IMG/VR virus record: IMGVR_UViG_3300026549_002453
Direction: 5' to 3' (one strand)
DNA from: a virus
Taxonomy: Duplodnaviria > Heunggongvirae > Uroviricota > Caudoviricetes
DNA: 64,000 bases
Made by a program: the position numbers and the translations under genes
Part shown: positions 57,156-64,000 of the stretch, in pieces
Position numbering within the stretch: position 1 is the stretch's first letter
Layout: each line of letters opens with the position of its first letter
Notes under the pieces: generated by a model
Databases searched by the model: none
Told to the model about the DNA's origin: nothing
What the model saw: the letters and a program-made list of their open reading frames with translations, nothing else

Positions 57156-58439
57156 ATGTTTGTATATGTTTTAGATAGTAATGGACAACCACTTATGCCA
57201 ACATCTCGTTTTGGCAAGGTTCGTAGATTACTTAATTTAAAACAAGCTAAAGTAGTACGGAGTTGTCCATTCACTATACAGTTGTTGTATGAACCTAAAA
57301 CAACTGTAGTACAAGAAATTGTCTTAGGAGTAGATACAGGTTCAAAACGTATTGGCACAGCTTGTGTTGCTAATGACAAAGTTCTATATCAATCACAGAT
57401 TGAATTGAGAACTGATATCAAATCTAAAATGGACAGTCGTAGACAAGCTCGTAGGTTTAGACGAAATCGTAAAACTAGATACAGAAAAGCAAGATTCCTA
57501 AACAGAGCTAATTCTACAAAGAAAGACAGATTACCACCAAGTGTAAGACATAAGGTACAAGCTCACATTGATGAGGTAGAATTTTGTAAGAAAATACTAC
57601 CAATTTCAAAAATTGTACTTGAGGTAAGTCAATTTGATACCCACTTAATGAAAAATCCTGCATTAATAAGCGAAAAATTAAAACATTGGGCTTATCAAAA
57701 GGGTTTCAATTATGAATTTAGTTCAAGAAGAGAAGCAGTGTTACACAGAGATAACTATACTTGTCAAATATGTGGTAAAAAACATACAAAATTAGAAGTA
57801 CATCATATCATTTATAGAAGTCAAGGTGGTACGGATGATGAGGATAATCTCATAACTCTATGTAAAGATTGTCATGATGCACTACACGATGGACAAATAA
57901 TATTGACTAAAAAACCTCGTAGGATGAATCTTAAACATGCAACTCACATGAGCATTATTAGAAGTCAATTACTTAAAGTCTATCCTGAAGCTACAGAAAC
58001 ATTTGGATTTGTAACTAAAGAGAATAGAAATCATCTTGATTTGCCAAAGGACCACTATATAGATGCTTGTGTAATAGCATCAGGTGGAGAAGGGTTTAAA
58101 CTTAATAATGAGATATTTTACAAAAGAAGAGTAGCTTATGCAGATAGAAAACTATGTAGAGGTATTCGAGGAGAAGAAAGAATACCAACGGGTAAAATAC
58201 ATGGTTTTAAGAGATATGACAAAGTTAGATATTTTAACAAAGAGTATTTTATCAAGGGCAGAATGAGTAATGGATATGTAGTATTGATGGACATATTTAA
58301 TAATAAGGTAGATTTTAGTTACATGCCAAAAGGCATGAAAACGCCTAAATTGGCAAATTGTAAAAGATTAAATTCAAGAAAAAGTGTAATAGTGGATAGG
58401 CAAGAAAGGTATGTAATTTTCTTGCCTAAGATTGTATAA
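57156..58439 (+). CDS. iscB: IscB, OMEGA-system RNA-guided nuclease (PLMP, split RuvC, HNH)
   Basis: PLMP domain with the literal PLMP motif; RuvC-I VLGVDTGSKRIG; Arg-rich bridge helix RRQARRFRRNRKTRYRKARF; HNH CQICGKK...HHIIYRSQGG...DNLITLCKDCHDALH; RuvC-III HYIDACVIASGG. Confidence 0.85.
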   Translation: MFVYVLDSNGQPLMPTSRFGKVRRLLNLKQAKVVRSCPFTIQLLYEPKTTVVQEIVLGVDTGSKRIGTACVANDKVLYQSQIELRTDIKSKMDSRRQARRFRRNRKTRYRKARFLNRANSTKKDRLPPSVRHKVQAHIDEVEFCKKILPISKIVLEVSQFDTHLMKNPALISEKLKHWAYQKGFNYEFSSRREAVLHRDNYTCQICGKKHTKLEVHHIIYRSQGGTDDEDNLITLCKDCHDALHDGQIILTKKPRRMNLKHATHMSIIRSQLLKVYPEATETFGFVTKENRNHLDLPKDHYIDACVIASGGEGFKLNNEIFYKRRVAYADRKLCRGIRGEERIPTGKIHGFKRYDKVRYFNKEYFIKGRMSNGYVVLMDIFNNKVDFSYMPKGMKTPKLANCKRLNSRKSVIVDRQERYVIFLPKIV

Positions 58440-58451
58440 AGGAGAAAAAGT

Positions 58452-58733
58452 ATGATATTAGATATAGACAATGCTTGTTATGGAACTTTGTCTCTTGACT
58501 CTATGGATGATGAAGTAAGTAAGGATACTTACTTTGTTAATGGTGACACGGCGGACAGTGTATCTTTTAAGATTGGGTATGAAGTTTTACTTTCAAGCGG
58601 AAAGAAGGTTGGAAAATTATATTCAGGTGTGGTACAAAGTGTAGATGTAGATAGTGGAACAATTAGTGTTGATGGAAACGACTTAAAGGTTTCCAATTTC
58701 GAATATTTTGCCAGAGTTGGACATTACTCATAA
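58452..58733 (+). CDS. hypothetical protein
   Basis: AAGGAG RBS. Confidence 0.4.
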   Translation: MILDIDNACYGTLSLDSMDDEVSKDTYFVNGDTADSVSFKIGYEVLLSSGKKVGKLYSGVVQSVDVDSGTISVDGNDLKVSNFEYFARVGHYS

Positions 58734-58745
58734 GAGGGAGGTACA

Positions 58746-58949
58746 ATGGCTGATTATACAAACAATGATTTTATAAAGTGTGCAAAGTGTGCTTCTAAAA
58801 ATATACGAATTAAAAACAAAGACTTTGATATAATAGAAGACTATATAGAATTATATTTAGATTTTAAGTGCAATGATTGCGGTGCAAGTACTAGGATTTC
58901 ACTAGTTAATCCCTATAAACCAGAAAGAGTAAACGTATTTAGCGATTAA
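58746..58949 (+). CDS. C4 zinc-ribbon small protein
   Basis: CAKCAS...CNDCGAS. Confidence 0.4.
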   Translation: MADYTNNDFIKCAKCASKNIRIKNKDFDIIEDYIELYLDFKCNDCGASTRISLVNPYKPERVNVFSD

Positions 58950-58960
58950 GGAGGATAGTT

Positions 58961-59215
58961 ATGACTCTGAAAAATTTTTTAGATACTTGTAGTTCCAATG
59001 CAATAAATATTGGGGTGTTTGATGCTCATGATAACCTATTGTATGATGGATTACTCTATTTAATAGGATATCTGAGTGAGAGAACTACCGATAGTGAAAA
59101 TCAAAATAAAGCATACTTTTCTGAAGAAGAGACCGATGCAATCCTTAATTCAACCGTGCAGGTATGGTACCTAGATGATGATAGTATAGGTATAGGTACT
59201 GATTACGAGAGATAA
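58961..59215 (+). CDS. hypothetical small protein
   Basis: AAGGAG RBS. Confidence 0.4.
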   Translation: MTLKNFLDTCSSNAINIGVFDAHDNLLYDGLLYLIGYLSERTTDSENQNKAYFSEEETDAILNSTVQVWYLDDDSIGIGTDYER

Positions 59216-59218
59216 TTT

Positions 59219-59259
59219 TGTAAATAATTATTTACAGTTTAGAGAATATAATATATAAT
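59219..59259 (+). promoter_or_regulatory. perfect 18-bp palindrome TGTAAATAATTATTTACA overlapping a TTTACA-17-TATAAT promoter
   Basis: Palindrome 59219-59236; -35 TTTACA 59231-59236; -10 TATAAT 59254-59259; upstream of the 59304/recombinase module. Confidence 0.55.
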
Positions 59260-59303
59260 AATATTATATATAATACTGAAAGAAAGGAGGCAAGGTCTAA
59301 AAT

Positions 59304-59807
59304 ATGGCAAGAACATTTCAAGAGGCTCAGAAAGATGTAAATGTTATGTATAAAAATCTTGTTCAAATCGCAGATGATATAATCAAGAAAAATACAGAGC
59401 ACCTAGATAAAACGATTAAGCAAATTGAGAATAATGTAGAAAATCTAACAGACAGCGATTTGAGAAATTACATATTGAAGTTAGCATCTTTGGCCTATGC
59501 ACTTGGAGATAAGGTAGAACACGCAGATTTCAAACGTGATTGTGCTAATGCTCTTTTAAAGGAGACTAATGCTAGAGAATTCAACCTAGCGGCAGGTCCT
59601 GTTGCAACAAAACAGAATGTTGCTTTGCTTAATACTAGTCAAGAAACAGCGGTTAATATTCTTTACAACGTGGTTGCTGACAGTATGAAAAGTAAGTTAC
59701 AATTGACAAACAGGATGTTGGATAGTATTAAAAATGTACTTATATCCAGAAGTGCTGAAGCAAAAATCCAAAATCAATTGGGATTTGGAACCAAAGAAGA
59801 ACTTTAA
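59304..59807 (+). CDS. hypothetical protein (first gene of the recombination module)
   Basis: AAGGAGG RBS; 167 aa. Confidence 0.45.
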   Translation: MARTFQEAQKDVNVMYKNLVQIADDIIKKNTEHLDKTIKQIENNVENLTDSDLRNYILKLASLAYALGDKVEHADFKRDCANALLKETNAREFNLAAGPVATKQNVALLNTSQETAVNILYNVVADSMKSKLQLTNRMLDSIKNVLISRSAEAKIQNQLGFGTKEEL

Positions 59808-59833
59808 TCGATTACAGAAAGGAAACACAACTT

Positions 59834-61027
59834 ATGGCTAGTGTATTAGATATTGCTAAACAAATAAATAAAAAATATAAAGATGGTAAAGTTATTGTCG
59901 CAGGAGACATACTACCAGATGTAAAGAAGGTGCCTTTTGGAACTCTCGGTGCTGATTATGCTACTTGGGGAGGAGTTCCTTACGGAGCGATCTCAGTTTT
60001 TGCAGGTGACTACGGTTCTGGTAAGACTACCGCAGCAGCTCTCGTAATGGCAAACTATCAGAGAGCAAACCCAGATAAGACTTGTGTATATGTAGATGTA
60101 GAAGGTGTTTTACCTCTTCAGTTACCATATTTAGTAAAGATGACAGGTTTACAGACAGATGAGGACCATTTTGTAAGATACGACTGTTACGGAAAATCCT
60201 CTAAATCAATATTTGAGGACCTTCTTGACCTTCAAACCGGTTCAGATAATATTGGTATGATTATAATTGATAGCGTTGCTTCCCTGGTGTCGGATAACGA
60301 CATGGAAAGTGATTTTAGTAAGGATAACGGTATGAGAGCGAGTACGGCTAGTGACTCTCATAAATTCTGTAGAATGGTAATTCCACAACTTCAGAAAAAA
60401 GGCAATATTATTCTTGCAATTAATCAAGTAAGAACAGTAGGCAAAACCTTTACAGGAGCACCCATTCTCAAAGAACCTGGTGGAGACGCTTGGAACTATT
60501 ATAGTTCATTTAAAGTAAGGTTCGGTACCAGGACTTTCGTCAAGGATGATAAGACAGACATTGCAGCATCCAAAGCAGAAGATACTACTGGATTTAGACT
60601 TAAGTTTAGTATTACAAAGTCTAGAGTATGTCCCATTAATAGAGGCGGCGGATTTATTACTTTTGACTTAGAGGAAGGTCTTGACCTTATTAATGATACT
60701 CTTGAGGCGGCCATTAAATTCGAATTTATTGAAAGACCTAATCTTCAGACTTACATTCCTGTTAATTTGACCACGGGAGAGTACTACAAGGATAAAGACG
60801 GGTCAGACCTTAAGTTTATAGGCAAGGCTAAACTGGTGTCTTATATGCAAGAAAACGAAGACTTTACCAAGGAATACTTTAATATGCTGTTAAATCATGT
60901 TAATGGAACAAATCCTTCAGGAGTATCACTACTTAACCCTGAGGAGTTGGCTGAAATTCTTGAAGAAGAAGCAAGCATTGAATCTCCCAAAACCAAAAGA
61001 AAAAAGTCAGCTGAGGTAGAAGAGTAA
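59834..61027 (+). CDS. RecA-family recombinase (phage RecA/UvsX-like)
   Basis: Walker A GDYGSGKTT, IIIDSVASLV, AINQVRT, EPGGDAWNYYSSFKVRF; collinear with RecA core motifs. Confidence 0.85.
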   Translation: MASVLDIAKQINKKYKDGKVIVAGDILPDVKKVPFGTLGADYATWGGVPYGAISVFAGDYGSGKTTAAALVMANYQRANPDKTCVYVDVEGVLPLQLPYLVKMTGLQTDEDHFVRYDCYGKSSKSIFEDLLDLQTGSDNIGMIIIDSVASLVSDNDMESDFSKDNGMRASTASDSHKFCRMVIPQLQKKGNIILAINQVRTVGKTFTGAPILKEPGGDAWNYYSSFKVRFGTRTFVKDDKTDIAASKAEDTTGFRLKFSITKSRVCPINRGGGFITFDLEEGLDLINDTLEAAIKFEFIERPNLQTYIPVNLTTGEYYKDKDGSDLKFIGKAKLVSYMQENEDFTKEYFNMLLNHVNGTNPSGVSLLNPEELAEILEEEASIESPKTKRKKSAEVEE

Positions 61028-61401
61028 TGGCCTCCTTATTTAAGCAGTCAATAAAAAAAGAAGCTAAACCTAAAACGACTAGGGAAGCCTCTTCAAAACA
61101 AGAACACAGTGTAGCAAAAGCTGTTGGTGGTAGAACAACTGCCAACAGCGGAGCTTCTGCATTTAGTAAGGGTGACATTTTAACAGAACAGTGGCTCATT
61201 GAAGCTAAAACAAAAATGACAGATAGTCAATCTATCTCTATAAAAAAAGAATGGATAGAAAAAAATAAGCAGGAAGCAGTATTTATGAATAAGGATTATC
61301 ACTGCATAGCCTTTAATTTTGGTCCCAATCAGCCTAACTATTTTATTATTGATGAACTAACCTTTCAAGAGTTACTAAGTCATCAAAAGGAGAACCAATG
61401 A
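61027..61401 (+). CDS. PD-(D/E)xK Holliday-junction resolvase-like protein (Hjc-type)
   Basis: E...GGRTTANSGAS...GDIL...IEAKTK matches the Hjc E/SGxG/D/ExK layout; ATGGCC overlap with the recA stop. Confidence 0.5.
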   Translation: MASLFKQSIKKEAKPKTTREASSKQEHSVAKAVGGRTTANSGASAFSKGDILTEQWLIEAKTKMTDSQSISIKKEWIEKNKQEAVFMNKDYHCIAFNFGPNQPNYFIIDELTFQELLSHQKENQ

Positions 61402-61565
61402 AAATTATGGAAAAGTTAAACATAGATTTTGCAGAAAGAGAAATTATAGACAATATGGTAAAATTCTGTTGGAACATCCAATCAAATTGTAGAGATGAGG
61501 AATTGGTAGATATTGCAACAGAAGTCTTAGAAAAGATAGAAAAGTTAGAGGAGTATATAGTATAA
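61398..61565 (+). CDS. hypothetical small protein (55 aa)
   Basis: AAGGAG RBS; ATGA overlap with the upstream gene; ends 1 nt before the next start. Confidence 0.35.
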   Translation: MKIMEKLNIDFAEREIIDNMVKFCWNIQSNCRDEELVDIATEVLEKIEKLEEYIV

Positions 61566-62144
61566 ATGAAACTGGTTATAGGAATATCAGGTAAAGCTCA
61601 ACACGGTAAAGACACTATTGCAACTTATCTTCAATCTAGGCTAGGAGGCTCCATTGTACATTTTACAGATCTACTTAAGGAGCAGGCTCAATACTTGGGT
61701 TGGGATGGTACTAAAGATATTGGAGGACGTACATTTCTGCAAACTTTATCGGAACCTATCAGGAAGTACGGTAATTGGTTAGCTGAAAAGTATCCAGAAT
61801 ATAGAGATTTTTCAGGAGGTAACTATTATTCCGCTTCTTTATACAACGCAATTTTAGAGGGAGAGTCCGATATATACTATATAGCTGATATGAGAATGAT
61901 GCAGGAGTATAAATTTTTCCTCGATAAGGGTAATGAAGGTAAAATAAAATTTATTACTTTACGAGTAGATAGATTAGAAGAGGGGGCTCCATTTGATAAT
62001 GGACTAACACCTTCTCAAAAACTAGATAAAACAGAAACAGAGTTAGACACTACTCAGATGGATTATCACATTATCAACGATGGGGATATCTCAGCCCTGG
62101 AGACTAATTTGGAAGGAATAGTAAAAGACTTATGCGAACTATAA
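61566..62144 (+). CDS. deoxynucleoside monophosphate kinase-like P-loop kinase
   Basis: N-terminal P-loop IGISGKAQHGKDT, typical of phage dNMP kinases. Confidence 0.7.
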   Translation: MKLVIGISGKAQHGKDTIATYLQSRLGGSIVHFTDLLKEQAQYLGWDGTKDIGGRTFLQTLSEPIRKYGNWLAEKYPEYRDFSGGNYYSASLYNAILEGESDIYYIADMRMMQEYKFFLDKGNEGKIKFITLRVDRLEEGAPFDNGLTPSQKLDKTETELDTTQMDYHIINDGDISALETNLEGIVKDLCEL

Positions 62145-62614
62145 ACATTAGTTGGGATAGAACTTGGATGAACATAGCGGAAGAGATAGCTACCCGCAGT
62201 AAGGATACAACTAGACAGGTAGGAGCAGTTATAGTCAAGAATAAAAAATTGTTATCATTGGGGTACAACGGAGCTCCAAAAGGTTTTAATGATAACGAAA
62301 TTCCTGACTCTAAAGATAGAAATGACCTTCCTATAAAGCGCAAGACCACTTATATGCTTCATGCTGAGGTAAATGCAGTATTAAATTATGGAGGTTCTCT
62401 TCAAGATTTAGAGGGGGCTTCTATCTATGTAACCACCTCACCGTGTTTTGAGTGTGCTAAAGTTTTGGCTCAGGTAGGAATAAAAAGAGTTATCTATAAG
62501 ACTGAATACAATAAACCCGAACTTTGGGAACCTAGTAAAGTAATTTTGTCAAAATGCGGCGTACAACTACAAAAGTTTGAGGATATCTTACAGGAGGAGA
62601 GTAGTGCGAACTAA
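62132..62614 (+). CDS. dCMP/cytidine deaminase (zinc-dependent)
   Basis: HAEVNAV and SPCFECAK zinc-binding motifs. Confidence 0.85.
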   Translation: MRTINISWDRTWMNIAEEIATRSKDTTRQVGAVIVKNKKLLSLGYNGAPKGFNDNEIPDSKDRNDLPIKRKTTYMLHAEVNAVLNYGGSLQDLEGASIYVTTSPCFECAKVLAQVGIKRVIYKTEYNKPELWEPSKVILSKCGVQLQKFEDILQEESSAN

Positions 62615-63167
62615 GGAAATTATTGAGGGATTATTATACATAACTCCTTACAAAGATATATTGACCAAGTGCCTTACTACCTGCCATATTCTCAATGAAA
62701 GTGACCGTTCTTGGAAGGCGACGCATCATCCTGAATTTCATTTTTTAGATGATTTCAAGTATTGCAGCTTCCTTATGATAATAGACAAACAATTGCATGT
62801 GTACCTTATAGGTGAAAAATCAAAAAACCGTAGTTATCATATATTAAATATTGAAGGACACACTACAGAACTATTGAACTTACCCAAAAGTTTACTCATT
62901 GAATATATAGAAACTCAATCTAAAGAAACAGATAAACTTTATTTACCAGAGTTATTTGGAAAAAGAATTATATTTATCAAACCTGATTATGTTAATGGCT
63001 TATTAGGTGAGGAAGACGTGTATGTATTTAATAATCAATCTTTAGAAGGAAACTTGTTTAGGAAGACAAACTGGAGCATTGGGACAGATGTTTATAAGGT
63101 AGACCAACCTTCATTTAGACTATCTGCTAAAAAGATTCTTCAGGAATGTTTAAAAGAAATTGTATAA
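62577..63167 (+). CDS. hypothetical protein
   Basis: Overlaps the deaminase gene end; 196 aa. Confidence 0.45.
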   Translation: MRISYRRRVVRTKEIIEGLLYITPYKDILTKCLTTCHILNESDRSWKATHHPEFHFLDDFKYCSFLMIIDKQLHVYLIGEKSKNRSYHILNIEGHTTELLNLPKSLLIEYIETQSKETDKLYLPELFGKRIIFIKPDYVNGLLGEEDVYVFNNQSLEGNLFRKTNWSIGTDVYKVDQPSFRLSAKKILQECLKEIV

Positions 63168-63192
63168 TATAACTTATTAAGCGGAGGAACTT

Positions 63193-63561
63193 ATGTATCG
63201 TAAAAATGTGGAAGAAATAAAAGTATATTTTAAAGATTTGTCACCTAGGGTACAAAATAAACTGTTAAATCTTAGAGACATTAGTCAAGATATAATTGAA
63301 AATAATTATCCAGTTACCATTATTTTCCCTGAAGAAGTAACTAACTATTTAGATGATTGGGATATGGAAGAGTTTGATGACGAGTTTACAGACTATGGAA
63401 AGTATAATAGTTTGGATTTAGATAACTTAGATGATGACTACGAGGATGATTATGATGAAGATTATGACTATGATTTAAGCTACTGTGATGATGATTGCGA
63501 AACTTGTAAGAAAGTTAGATGTGAAGAGCGTGGTTTTCATGGTCACGACTTAGATTGGTAG
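63193..63561 (+). CDS. acidic Cys-rich small protein
   Basis: D/E/Y-rich; CDDDCETCKKVRCEERGFHGH. Confidence 0.4.
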   Translation: MYRKNVEEIKVYFKDLSPRVQNKLLNLRDISQDIIENNYPVTIIFPEEVTNYLDDWDMEEFDDEFTDYGKYNSLDLDNLDDDYEDDYDEDYDYDLSYCDDDCETCKKVRCEERGFHGHDLDW

Positions 63562-63565
63562 TAGT

Positions 63566-64000
63566 ATGATGAGTAATATTTTAGAAGTACACACTAATAT
63601 GCATAAAGCTATTAATGGAGGTCCACAAACTAAATTAGAGCAGTTAATTTCTGACTGCTTTGACTATAAAATCTTTTTAAGAAAACCTACTAAAAAGCAC
63701 AGAATGTGGTTCAAGTCCTACTATGGAGTTGACTATCCTACAGAAGTGTCAGAGTTGACAAAGTCCTTACAAAAAGAATTACGTCGTACTATTAAACTAC
63801 GTAAACAGGATAGACTATTTGAAGAAAAAATGACTGAACAGCGTAAAAAGAATGGATATTGCGACACAGACGTATGGAACTTCAACTCTTGGCTAGCAGA
63901 AATGACTCATAAAATTCTTAGTCAAATGGCAAAACATCATATGGGGCATCCACTTATTGACGGAGAAGGTAATTATTTAAAGAATAATTACGATGTTAAA
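63566..64000 (+). CDS. hypothetical protein, 3'-truncated by the window end
   Basis: ATG at 63566; open to the window end. Confidence 0.4.
   Translation, partial: MMSNILEVHTNMHKAINGGPQTKLEQLISDCFDYKIFLRKPTKKHRMWFKSYYGVDYPTEVSELTKSLQKELRRTIKLRKQDRLFEEKMTEQRKKNGYCDTDVWNFNSWLAEMTHKILSQMAKHHMGHPLIDGEGNYLKNNYDVK

Noticed and set aside
1-64000. CRISPR array, rRNA, integrase/recombinase, classical R-M partner for Dam
   Set aside because: I looked for regularly spaced direct repeats, rRNA-like GC-rich stretches and tyrosine/serine recombinase motifs and found none in this window.

Overview
This is an AT-rich window (roughly 30% GC by eye) with the codon usage of low-GC Firmicutes, most likely Clostridia. 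It is almost entirely coding, essentially all on the + strand, with many 1-4 nt start/stop overlaps, which suggests a large accessory or mobile element rather than core chromosome. Gene content is mosaic. One part is conjugative-element-like: a degenerate FtsK/SpoIIIE-like protein, two cell-wall hydrolases (M23+NlpC/P60 and a sorted NlpC/P60-like protein), a lipoprotein cluster, sortase-type pilin/CnaB adhesins including a 2362-aa giant adhesin, an orphan Dam methylase and a tandem AAA+ membrane protein. Another part is phage-like: RecA-like recombinase, Hjc-like resolvase, dNMP kinase, dCMP deaminase and a GIY-YIG nuclease. Embedded in it are two OMEGA-type RNA-guided nuclease genes: an intact IscB (PLMP, split RuvC, HNH) preceded by a ~345-nt structured non-coding leader that is presumably its omega RNA, and a TnpB-like protein with no zinc finger. 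Other notable features: a MoxR-type AAA ATPase and an HExxH-metallopeptidase/vWA protein, each with its own near-identical promoter; a large protein combining zinc fingers, eleven ~30-aa 'KYG' repeats, a PD-(D/E)xK nuclease core and a DNA methyltransferase; a large surface-protein gene split by a perfect 17-bp tandem duplication; a poly-G tract that truncates the MoxR ATPase; a TGTAAA-N6-TTTACA palindrome that recurs over promoter -35 boxes; a conserved hairpin motif present twice with compensatory stem changes; and an atypical tRNA-Met(CAT)-like element. No CRISPR array, rRNA, or credible minus-strand gene was found. All functional calls come from recognising motifs by eye in the translated ORFs; no database search was run.
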